NCBI GenBank assembly: GCA_965235115.1
Contig: OZ249436.1
Location: forward strand, 46,252,001 to 46,316,000
Length of the DNA stretch: 64,000 nucleotides
Direction of reading: 5' to 3'
DNA from: Laetmonice hystrix
Lineage: Eukaryota
This document shows positions 1 through 11,862 of the stretch, one piece after another. The position numbers and the translations under genes were made by a program. The notes beneath the pieces were generated by a model. That model had not been told where the DNA came from. It saw only the letters and a program-made list of their open reading frames with translations, and searched no databases. The number at the start of each line of letters is the position of its first letter. Within the stretch, counting starts at the first letter, position 1.

Positions 1-148
1 GGTCTTCATCCTCAGACAGAGATGGTTTAACTGTTCCTGGAACATTCAGGCTGGTCGTCATCCTCAGACAGAGATGGTCTAACTGTTCCTGGAACATTCA
101 GGCTGGTCGTTATCCTCAGACAGAGATAGTCTAACTGTTCCTGGAACC
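1..148. repeat. 52-bp tandem repeat, about 2.8 copies, truncated by the window edge
   Basis: TCCTCAGACAGAGAT recurs at 9, 61 and 113 (period 52). Confidence 0.9.
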
Positions 149-2945
149 TGCCTTTCCATCAATACCCGGGTTCGTTTCCCTTTCACTTCCGCGGAGGATG
201 CTCCCTTACCGTCTGAATGAGGACTGGGAAGTATCCGCTAGGGAATGGGAACAAAAACATGCGGTATTCATAACAACTTTAGATACTGCAATAATACTAT
301 TAATAGTAGATCTTCATGTTAGAGATGACATCTGGCTCCAACAGAGAAAAGTAGACCACCAGTCCAAGAATCCCAGACTTTATACAAACTGTGATTAACC
401 AAGAAAGCTAGGCTCGAATGTCTGGTAAAATACTTTAAGCTCAATACGTGAGAGACCTCCCAGCAGTGTGTATAAAGTACACACTAATTCAAGCTGAATA
501 GCCAAGCCTAGTACCAAACGGATCCTCACCCCTCACCCCATCCCCATCTCATGATGATGGTGGGAATATTTTAACAACCGCCAGCGCCGATGTTATAATG
601 ATTTTGCCGCTAACTGTATTGGTTTAACCATCGTGGATTTAAGAGAATGCATCCAACCCGTTGCCTGGAGCAGTGTGCCCGGCTTGCTGCTACGATAAGC
701 TCCGATAGCAACGGCTTGAAAAACGCCGAGCTTCGTTGTGATTTGATGGGCGTAGCGTGACCAAACAGAAGCAGGCCAGCTGTACATTTTGACTCCATCC
801 CAGAAGTTTTTATAGACGTCCTTTTTTCAAGTATGATTCAGTTTCCTGTTGTGGCTTCGGTTTATCAGCTGACGGCAGTGAGGTCCCTTTCCTGGTTGTA
901 GCTCTTTTATGGACCCCAGTGGAGGCCTTGCTGGAGCCGACACACAGGAGCCCCACGCAAGCTGTCTCCGAGACATTATAAACAGCCAAGATGTTACTGT
1001 GCCGAGCAGCTGGATGATAGCGCAGGTTCTGACAATATTTGTTACCCATGAATACTGTAATGGCGCGATATCGAGGGACAATCAATCCTGAAAACAGCTG
1101 ACATTCGATGGTTTCTCTCTTAAATAATAAATGTAAAGGATTAAAGAATCTATCATGTTCGTCTGATTCAGTGGTAAAACTTTAATGTGCTGTTAGGATA
1201 GACCCATTCTTTGGTTTGTCTTTCAAACTGAGAATGAATTTGTCTTTTTATGTGATTTAAACTCTTGTTTGTGTTGTTGCTACATTTTACGTTCTACTTC
1301 GGGGTTCTAATGCTAGAACCCTAAGGGATACTCCTGATTATTTTTGTGTAGGACTACTTGTAAAAGGGTATCTCTACTGATTTGAAACGAGATAAAAACA
1401 ACCAATTATCAAGATTTTATCGGCGAAGTTTTACACCAATGTTTAAATATGGCCGTTGTGCCACCTCAAACGTTCGCCCGCGTTATGATACAACGGGAGT
1501 TCCTCATGGCAGGAAATCCACGAGTGAGTTATGGGTGACAGCGCCACAAAGAATTCCGGCGAATTTACAATAAATGGCCAGAGGTTTGTTACCAATTAGC
1601 CTCAGCCAGTCGTCTTACTGCCCGTGTTTTCTTGTATAATTTTCCGGTGTACATATGTATAAAGAATGGCCCACAGTGAGACGTGTAACGGTTCATGCTG
1701 ATATTCCTTGTCAGTAAAGTATGAAACTATCCTGAAGCGTTAGTCAAATACTAAATCATCATCTACTCTCCGTTTTTTATAGTTTTTGCCACGGGCGTTG
1801 GCCATGACAGAAGTCTCCCTCAGTTAGTGAAGTAAGTACACCAAGTCATTTCTTCTAGTGCTACATTTAAACTATACCCTTCAGCTTTTTGGTCCAGTGG
1901 CATGCTGCAAATGAAAATTGGCAGAAGGTTCATACAGTCCACATGGACAACTGGAGGCCATCCTTGCTGTGAACAAGTATGTAAAGTGAAGTTAATAACA
2001 AACAAACACGTTTGGAGAATCAAGCTTTGTTAAACTCATCACACCGGTTCATTTGTATAAGACACTATGCCGTATATATTTGGTTGGTAATGTAGTATGT
2101 TTAAGATATTTAACTCGATTTATGAGGACGCGATGAGCTACTCATGAACCATGTAGGGAGACAAGCACACCAAGTACGTTGAACGTAAAACGACCTTGGA
2201 CATTGAGCATTCTTTGTGTTTTTCATGTATGTACATGTAGTGTGATGTAGCCCCTGGCGGGTGACGTTTTTGTTTGGGAGGGGTGCGTGAGAATCATTCC
2301 GCCGGTAACGTACTCAGTGACGGATGTAGATGAAGGTTACTGCCCTCAGACGTTCCTCAACTCCAGTTTGATATATTAATGTTTTGTTTTATGTTTGTGA
2401 ATCTTCACGTCGTTTAATCATGTGTGAATTTAACATCAGCAAACTACGTCATTGTGTGAAACCAGGCTATCGTACATCGGTCGAAGGGATTAAAAAATGG
2501 TAGAATTGTCAGCTGGAGACATCGTGGTGAACAGGAAGGAAGGAGGTATGCTGTCTGCGCGTCATTTGTTTGAGAATTTATCGTACACACATCATTAATA
2601 ACTTGGAAATTTATTAAAACAAAGTAGAATTGGACCTACCGCAGTATCAGATAAATCTGTTATCTTCCGAGGTTTTACGCCAAATCCTCCGATGTGGGAA
2701 TACCATAGTTGTGAGTTTTGTGGTATATTCTTCAAAACAGTGGCTGACATCATCTCTGATGAAAAGTGCGTATGTCAGCGAACTGCCGACGAGAAATGCC
2801 ATGCCGGCAACAGGCGGGATTCTCTACCTCAGCCTGCAAGTTTTTGTTCCTTATCTATGCGGCATTTGTCACATGGAAATATGCGAATCCACCAATGAGA
2901 AGAAAGAGGGGACAAAAAGAAGGATATAAAGGAGGAGTAAGACGG

Positions 2946-3008
2946 GGAGGAGGAGCAGGAGGAGGAGGAGGAGGAGGAGGAGGAGGAGGAGGAGGAGGAA
3001 GAAGAAGG
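2946..3008 (+). repeat. (GAG)n / (GAA) microsatellite
   Basis: Direct reading: about 20 GAG/GAA triplets. Confidence 0.95.
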
Positions 3009-4046
3009 TCTCATTCCAACAGTAAGAATTCAGCGGTAACTGCCATATATCATTATGGTATCTGACATGTATGCCACGTATCTGTCAGGTTTTTATTTAT
3101 AGATACGATGACCTCAATATCAACACTCGAACTCTGGATATCTCTCAAATACTGAACCATTAGGGTCCAGCAGTGCATGCTGGGAATACACCAAGAACTG
3201 TAGGAACCGATGGGCATTGCTTCCTACTGACCTGGATTCTCCTGCTAAGTCTGTCCCATCATTGTGATGCCTCATTTCACTTGTTACATGGAAGGCAAGA
3301 TATCGCACTGTTTTAATACAGAAATAATAATTATACACCATTGGGGGTTAATTCTGGCAAACCTACAGGTCAGCACGGACAGTGGGAAGTCTATATATTA
3401 TTTTTAATGAAGCGAATTACCTTTTTCAAAGTTAATTTGAATTCAGCACATACCATGGATGCCACGCTGAGTGTAAATAGCCTCCAGAAGAGCTCCGATG
3501 TCCTACCTGGTCGGACTGTTCTATGGATTATCAGCCTTCCAGGCAGCAGTGATGGGACCTCGGAGTCTATTGAGCAGAACCAGTTGTCAGGTGGAATCAA
3601 GCAAGTTATTATCCATGGACTACAGTCCTGCTGGTATGACGTACCTTCAGCATCCGGGTATCTCCAGGCTGCGCATGCGTGGAAACTGCCCTGCTGGTCC
3701 ACGACGTACACCGGCCGAAACCCGGTCTGAATTCATGCTGGGCATTCACAACTGACAACATTCATTTTCATGGCGATCAAAAAAGATCAGCCAAATCCTT
3801 GTTTGCGTAGTGTTCTCGTCCACAAAGCATACCATGGTTGACGTTAACCTCTTAGGTTTGGGGAAGGAGGCTCTTTAGGTAATTATCAGCGATGTCAGGT
3901 GTCGTAAATGATTGGGCCCACCTGCAGTTGCTTGCTGGCGGTGTAATGTATGTTAGCCTCATCATATGATAGAGTGGGGTAATGATATGAAAGGAACTGA
4001 TGCTCACATCACCTGCGGCCATGGGACGCGTCTTCTTCAATCTGTC

Positions 4047-4468
4047 ATCTCTGGCAGTAAATGGTGCCTCCCACAGTCAGCCAGGCTGTATATCTCTGGC
4101 AGTAAATGGTGCCTCCCACAGTCAGCCAGGCTGTATATCTCTGGCAGTAAATGGTGCCTCCCACAGTCAGCCAGGCTGTATATCTCTGGCAGTAAATGGT
4201 GCCTCCCACAGTCAGCCAGGCTGTATATTTCTGGCAGTAAATGGTGCCTCCAACAGTCAGCCAGGCTGTATATCTCTGGCAGTAAATGGTGCCTCCCACA
4301 GTCAGCCAGGCTGTATATATCTCTGGCAGTAAATGGTGCCTCCCACAGTCAGCCAGGCTGTATATATCTCTGGCGGTAAATGGTGCCTCCCACAGTCAGC
4401 CAGGCTGTATATATCTCTGGCAGTAAATGGTGCCTCCCACAGTCAGCCAGGCTGTATTTATCTCTGGC
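4047..4468. repeat. 45-bp minisatellite, about 9 copies
   Basis: Unit ATCTCTGGCAGTAAATGGTGCCTCCCACAGTCAGCCAGGCTGTAT; the later units gain 2 bp (TA). Confidence 0.95.
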
Positions 4469-4789
4469 GATCACGGCAATGTGCCTGATGCCACCAAACC
4501 AAACCTCTCGCAAACCTTTTCTACTTTTTTGGGGGGTGGAAGGGGGGTGGACGGGGGGAGAAAAGTTTTCCACCTTTACTGGAAGGAACGAAGTCCACGA
4601 GAAAGAATCATGCAATGTCATGCGACGGACCATGGCCAACAACTGCCAGAGTATGTCTTTTGTATAGATCTGTGGGCAAAGTGAGCAGAACGTAACGGTA
4701 GTTGGTCTACTTTATGCTTTACTCTAGTTCCCCATATTATGTTTTGGCTACCGCTGGGAGGTATGTTCAAAAGGCAAGCAAAATGTTAA

Positions 4790-5270
4790 AGGGAGTCGTA
4801 AAATTCATTTTTTTCGATTTATGGCAGTCTTAGAAACATATGATTCGCATACCTTGGACTCCCAGTAACATCATGTGAGACTGTTATGGCCCAGCGACCA
4901 GTATTTAGTAAGGAAAATATGCCAAATCTCTCGCAAATACGTAGCTCAGAATTAGCGAGCGGTGATCACGTGACTTCCGGGTGTGGAAGGGAATCTCCCT
5001 CTAGTCTAGTGTTGACCTAAATACCGCATGTACACCCGGAAGTCACGTGATCACGCGTCATCATCGCCCGACCGCGGCCAACTCAAATATCCTGTGGGCC
5101 GCTCGCTAATTCTGAGCTACGTATTTGCGAGAGATTTGGCATATTTTTCTTACTAAATACTGGTCGCTGGGCCATAACAGTCTCACATGATGTTACTGGG
5201 AGTCCAAGGTATGCGAATCATATGTTTCTAAGACTGCCATAAATCGAAAAAATGAATTTTACGACTCCCT
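4790..5270. mobile_element. Non-autonomous DNA transposon (MITE), Kolobok-type, with long near-perfect inverted arms
   Basis: Termini AGGGAGTCGTAAAATTCA...TGAATTTTACGACTCCCT with TTAA on both sides (4786-4789, 5271-5274). Arms are about 180 bp, with an inner inverted pair GTGATCACGTGACTTCCGGGTGT / ACACCCGGAAGTCACGTGATCAC. A TTAA TSD with purine-rich AGG termini fits Kolobok better than piggyBac, whose termini start CCC. Confidence 0.85.
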
Positions 5271-6975
5271 TTAAGGGTTAAGGTTAACATACAATCACCC
5301 TTGACGAAATGTCTTTTTTGAAGTAAAGTTTACAAGTTACGTGCTGCAAGGTCAGTGAAACTGCACAAGCCAAGCTGGCTGCGTTCATGTTACCATGGCT
5401 GTTGCTAAGGTGTAAAACATCAATCCAAATTCCAATAACACCCTAACTGATTGATTTTTTTCAGTTTATTTTTCAGTTAACCAAGGGTTGGATTTGACCC
5501 AGACTAGTATTCACGACAAAAGAAAAGGACAGAAAAATGAGAAAAATGAGTTCTGACCCAGAGCCCCTGGCCAGTACGTTCACAGTCCTCATTCCTCACT
5601 ATTATATGTTCATATGAAGCCCGTACCGGAAGGGAAGGTTGAAAGCCCGCCCTGAATGTTCTCCTCCGCGACAGGAGATCTAACGATGGTGTCGCTGTCT
5701 ATTTCCTGTTCCGGCTGGCCCTGTCGTGTACATCCGGGACTCACAGACCCAGGACCGGCGTCGCTGAAAGATCCTCCTGTCACAGACGTCACTATAGCAA
5801 CACCCGTCACAACGACGTCTCAGAAATGTATTGGTTAACAGCTCGTTAAAGATTTACATTGCAAACTCGCATTTCCTACGTACGTCGTGCAGGAATGTTT
5901 TGGCGATGGTAAGAAGGTCAATCTGGAATTCACAGAGCACTGGAAATAACGTTTGCACAAAACATTTGTTGATGGCATTGAGGAGGATAGTTCTGGTGGT
6001 AGAGGCATTAGTTAGTATACATGTACATACACGTATTAGAATTCACTATCGTCGTATTGTTATGTCATTCAATGGTTAATACTACACCTTTTCCCGAACT
6101 ATCTTCACCGTCAGCTTTGTTGTCTGAAGGTTCTAATATTTGTGGCGCGTATTAATTTCATATCTAATTACAGTTTAATTTGAAGACAATGCCCCATTTT
6201 TCTTTCCTTTTCTTTTGTCGTGAATACTAGATGAGTTCGGATTTTGTATATACGATATAATTATTCTATGCACGAGGAGATGACAATTTCCTCTCATTTA
6301 CGGAATATCTTCTTTTATCTTTAAATCAAGTTGTTTTTTCCAAGTCTACGAGATCGTTTGTAGTGGCTTCGCAAGAATCTTCAAATTGGATTTGATATTT
6401 ATTAATGCTGGTTGTTCTCCCATTGACTCCAGTGGAGATATTGATTAAATCTGGGAGACTTCTGCGAGCTAATAACTAGACTGAGTGAAAATGATTTGAT
6501 ATTGTCTATTAAAGTGCGATGAGCATTGACTCTATGTATTTTTGAGTTCTGCTGCTAGCAGCCACTTTCATTAAAACTCCCCTTAATAACTATGCACTTT
6601 TCTAGCAATGAAATAAAGATTTCAATTTGTGAGCAGCTTGACAAATCAGATTTACGTTCTCCCGCCTCCAGCCTTGCACCATAAGGTTTGAAAAGAAAAA
6701 TATGTAGAAAGCAATTACGTATCATTGCGAGTTAGTCTCATAATTTACGTTTACACATTTGGATTTGATTAGGGCACGGTTTGTAATTATAAAGCATTTT
6801 GCTGTGATTTAGAAGGGAAGTTGTTGTCTACCATGCCAGGCGGACAAGTCAATTTACCTTTTTGTACAGAACTGTAATCATGCATAGTTAAGTAGTAAGA
6901 ATTTTAATCTGTAGCCAAACTTGACGATCAATTATCACTTTGCACACGGAGAATCACCAGTCGAGATTAACCGTG

Positions 6976-9900
6976 GGTGTGACTAAATACCGGAATCCCC
7001 CGGAATCCCTTGGAATTTACCGGAATCCCCTGGAATCTACAGGAATCCCCGGAATCTACCGGAATCCCCCGGAATCCCCCGGAATCTACCGGAATCTACC
7101 GGAATCCCCCCGGCTTTGGGCTCGGAAGGCCCCAGAGTGTCCCTGGAGCACATTGGAATCCGCCGGACTTTGCCGGATTTGACACAATTCGAGAAAAGGG
7201 CAAGTGACTAAATACCGGAATCCCCATGTATCTCTCTAATTTACCCCAAAATGTACCGGAATCCCCCCGGCTTTGGGCTCGGAAGGCCCCAGAGTGTCCC
7301 TGGAGCACATTGGAATCCGCCGGACTTTGCCGGATTTGACACAATTCGAGAAAAGGGCAATTGACTAAATACCGGAATCCCCCTGTATCTCTCTAATTTA
7401 CCCCAAAATGTACCGGAATCCCCCCGGCTTTGGGCTCGGAAGGCCCCAGAGTGTCCCTGGAGCACATTGGAATCCGCCGGACTTTGCCGGATTTGACACA
7501 ATTCGAGAAAAGGGCAAGTGACTAAATACCGGAATCCCCCTGTATCTCTCTAATTTACGCCAAAATGTACCGGAATCTCCCCGGCTTTGGGCTCGGAAGG
7601 CCCCAGAGTGTCCCTGGAGCACATTTGAATCCGCCGGACTTTGCCGGATTTGACACAATTCGAGAAAAGGGCAATTGACTAAATACCGGAATCCCCCTGT
7701 ATCTCTCTAATTTACCCCAAAATGTACCGGAATCTCCCCGGCTTTGGGCTCGGAAGGCCCCAGAGTGTCCCTGGAGCACATTGGAATCCGCCGGACTTTG
7801 CCGGATTTGACACAATTCGAGAAAAGGGCAAGTGACTAAATACCGGAATCCCCCTGTATCTCTCTAATTTACCCCAAAATGTACCGGAATCCCCCCGGCT
7901 TTGGGCTCGGAAGGCCCCAGAGTGTCCCTGGAGCACATTGGAATCCGCCGGACTTTGCCGGATTTGACACAATTCGAGAAAAGGGCAAGTGACTAAATAC
8001 CGGAATCCCCCTGTATCTCTCTAATTTACGCCAAAATGTACCGGAATCTCCCCGGCTTTGGGCTCGGAAGGCCCCAGAGTGTCCCTGGAGCACATTGGAA
8101 TCCGCCGGACTTTGCCGGATTTGACACAATTCGAAAAAAGGGCAATTGACTAAATACCGGAATCCCCCTGTATCTCTCTAATTTACGCCAAAATGTACCG
8201 GAATCTCCCCGGCTTTGGGCTCGGAAGGCCCCAGAGTGTCCCTGGAGCACATTGGAATCCGCCGGACTTTGCCGGATTTGACACAATTCGAGAAAAGGGC
8301 AATTGACTAAATACCGGAATCCCCCTGTATCTCTCTTATTTACCCCAAAATGTACCGGAATCTCCCCGGCTTTGGGCTCGGAAGGCCCCAGAGTGTCCCT
8401 GGAGCACATTGGAATCCGCCGGACTTTGCCGGATTTGACACAATTCGAGAAAAGGGCAAGTGACTAAATACCGGAATCCCCCTGTATCTCTCTAATTTAC
8501 CCCAAAATGTACCGGAATCCCCCCCGGCTTTGGGCTCGGAAGGCCCCAGAGTGTCCCTGGAGCACATTGGAATCCGCCAGACTTTGCCGGATTTGACACA
8601 ATTCGAGAAAAGGGCAAGTGACTAAATACCGGAATCCCCCTGTATCTCTCTAACTTACCCCAAAATGTACCGGAATCCCCCCGGCTTTGGGCTCGGAAGG
8701 CCCCAGAGTGTCCCTGGAGCACATTGGAATCCGCCGGACTTTGCCGGATTTGACACAATTCGAGAAAAGGGCAATTGACTAAATACCGGAATCCCCCTGT
8801 ATCTCTCTTATTTACCCCAAAATGTACCGGAATCCCCCCGGCTTTGGGCTCGGAAAGCCCCAGAGTGTCCCTGGAGCACATTGGAATCCGCCGGACTTTG
8901 CCGGATTTGACACAATTCGAGAAAAGGGCAATTGACTAAATACCGGAATCCCCCTGTATCTCCCTAATTTACCCCAAAATGTACCGGAATCCCCCCGGCT
9001 TTGGGCTCGGAAGGCCCCAGAGTGTCCCTGGAGCACATTGGAATCCGCCGGACTTTGCCGGATTTGACACAATTCGAGAAAAGGGCAAGTGACTAAATAC
9101 CGGAATCCCCCTGTATCTCTCTAATTTACCCCAAAATGTACCGGAATCCCCCCGGCTTTGGGCTCGGAAGGCCCCAGAGTGTCCCTGGAGCACATTGGAA
9201 TCCGGCGGACTTTGCCGGATTTGACACAATTCGAGAAAAGGGCAATTGACTAAATATCGGAATCCCCCTGTATCTCCCTAATTTACCCCAAAATGTACCG
9301 GAATCCCCCCGGCTTTGGGCTCGGAAGGCCCCAGAGTGTCCCTGGAGCACATTGGAATCCGCCGGACTTTGCCGGATTTGACACAATTCGAGAAAAGGGC
9401 AAGTGACTAAATACCGGAATCCCCCTGTATCTCTCTAATTTACCCCAAAATGTACCGGAATCTCCCCGGCTTTGGGCTCGGAAGGCCCCAGAGTGTCCCT
9501 GGAGCACATTGGAATCCGCCGGACTTTGCCGGATTTGACACAATTCGAGAAAAGGGCAATTGACTAAATACCGGGATCCCCCTGTATCTCCCTAATTTAC
9601 CCCAAAATGTACCGGAATCCCCCCGGCTTTGGGCTCGGAAGGCCCCAGAGTGTCCCTGGAGCACATTGGAATCCGCCGGACTTTGCCGGATTTGACACAA
9701 TTCGAGAAAAGGGCAAGTGACTAAATACCGGAATCCCCCTGTATCTCTCTAATTTACCCCAAAATGTACCGGAATCTCCCCGGCTTTGGGCTCGGAAGGC
9801 CCCAGAGTGTCCCTGGAGCACATTGGAATCCGCCGGACTTTGCCAGATTTGACACAATTCGAGAAAAGGGCAATTGACTAAATACCGGAATCCCCCTGTA

Positions 9901-10140
9901 TCTCCCTAATTTACCCCAAAATGTACCGGAATCCCCCCGGCTTTGGGCTCAGAAGGCCCCAGAGTGTCCCTGGAGCACATTGGAATCCGCCGGACTTTGC
10001 CGGATTTGACACAATTCGAGAAAAGGGCAAGTGACTAAATACCGGAATCCCCCTGTATCTCTCTAATTTACCCCAAAATGTACCGGAATCCCCCCGGCTT
10101 TGGGCTCGGAAGGGCCCAAAGTATCCCTGGAGCACATTGG
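6976..10140 (+). repeat. Left arm: 10-bp CCGGAATCCC/CCGGAATCTA run, then about 19 copies of a 157-bp satellite
   Basis: GTGACTAAATACCGGAATCCCC recurs every 157 bp; the repeated 86-aa ORFs in the track are spaced 157 bp apart. Confidence 0.97.
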
Positions 10141-11862
10141 AACTTTGTAGTTCCCCCGTTTAGATTTGGTGAGTTCGTTCCTATTTTAGTTTCGTTTCAC
10201 ACTAGATCAGGGGCGATGCACAAGATCTCACGGATTTGGGGGCTTTTTTATTTAAATGTTTATGTTTAGTCGGCAAAAACGAGGTCATGCGCTACGGCTA
10301 AATCCAAAGTAACACCCAGTTTGATACAAAAATAAAATTAACCCTAGGCCAGACGCTAATCATTACCAAAGCAATTAGTTTGGTATTAGTGAAAATAGGA
10401 TTATTTACCCAATGCTGGCTAAGTATGCCCTTTCTAAATTTATCCAAATATAACCCCCCAAAATGCACAGAATGCACCATTTTTAATGTAAGAGTTCTCA
10501 TTTTTCAGGGGGAGCAGACTCCCTGACCCCCCCCCCCCCTCATATATTTCTTGAATACTGCCAGGTTATTTTGTGGCTTTTACAGTGTTCGCTTCACAAG
10601 TCGCTACAGGCCAGGGGGTGTCGTTGTGGCGCGTCATCTAGTACTCACTAGCTGATGTCGAACGAAGTTTCTGGAGTAGTCTGATGTTAGGCCCGATTCC
10701 ACCCATTGGAAAAGAGTGGACGTGCAAGTTACATTCTTCCTTGTCAGCATCTCCACGGCGACTTACACCAAAACTTGCTGGACTATGTGGAGAACGTACA
10801 CCTGAGGAATTACGCCAGGCGGTGGTCCATCCTCTGTTTGAAAATATTGAGCGCGGCTCCCGGGGAGGATCTGAACTGCCCAGTGCTATTATCATCTGAT
10901 TGTGAAGTTGTCTGCACCTAATAGGTAATATTAACGAACGAATGTGAAGATAATATAAATTGATTAACTGAACAAATAGCTTTAGTTGCAGTGTTGAACA
11001 CTGGGAGGTGCCACATGACCTTCGGAGGAGAAATTGTTCAAGCCCACCACCACCCCTTCGCCTCCATAAGGGGTCGGATGCCGTCTGTTGTCTGGATTTT
11101 ACAGCTGCCTTTACGCTTTTCCAGGGTTTTACCTACATAAGTAGTATTTATACCTGGTTTTTAGTGCGGAAGGTTGGCGCCTAATGGGGCAAGTTAATAA
11201 GTTCCAGACTCGTGGTTTCGCTCAAATATGTCAGCTCCTTTGGAAGTTTACTGTCTCATTGGTGTTGAAAGTTTTACTTCCCTGGATCAGATGCAATAAT
11301 ACGTATTTATAGTTTTCTATATTATGTATACATGTTATATAACGGCGAGGCTTCCCGTTCTTTTATCTATGCATGTCACATTTGAGTCTGAAAAGAAATT
11401 ACTTTAATAGAGAAATTAACCGGCTTTTTACTGTTTATTATTTGTACAGTATAATCAATAACACGCATATATGAGTTTCGATATTATGTGTTAAACCTTG
11501 ACATAATTACTTATTCAAGGTTATTGTATAGTCCCTTCATAGGTGATGGGCGGAATTTAACTTTTTTGTGTGAGTCCCCTATCGACGGGATACAATGCAA
11601 ATAAAATCTAATCTACAATGCCATCCTTCTTTCCGAGTTTGGACTTTATAAATACTACACTTCACTCTTGCAAGAGTTCAGAAACATTGTCAGTGCCCAT
11701 TCAAACGACTCAGGAGACTCCGGCTCGGCAGATACTGGTCCAGATATTCAAAATGTCACATGGGTAACATGACAAGAGTATTTGTGAGAAAAGGGACAGA
11801 AATAAAATGTAGAACATAAACAGAACAATTAATATTTTTTATTTATGAAATTAATTTCCCTC

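Noticed and set aside
810-1087. Minus-strand open segment after an acceptor-like TGTTTTCAG (LIVPRYRAITVFMGNKYCQN...)
   Set aside because: It could be a terminal exon, but two frames are open and I recognise no family or partner exons.
2630-2929. F-box-like (LSSEVLRQIL) and zinc-finger-like (CEFCGIFFK) words
   Set aside because: They lie in different frames, lack the full motifs, and are compatible with chance.
3966-4684. ORFs over the 45-bp repeat (ISGSKWCLPQSARLY etc.)
   Set aside because: Several frames on both strands are open and later units carry 2-bp insertions; no coding signal.
5880-6880. Degenerate minus-strand coding-like sequence (IVIKGSFNE resembling an endonuclease GDFN motif); similar traces at 16010-16700
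   Set aside because: Too many stops and no further diagnostic motifs; probably old TE debris, but not assignable.
10140-11862. Search for a transposase in the foldback core
   Set aside because: Only ORFs under 90 aa with no DDE, zinc-finger or THAP motif recognisable.
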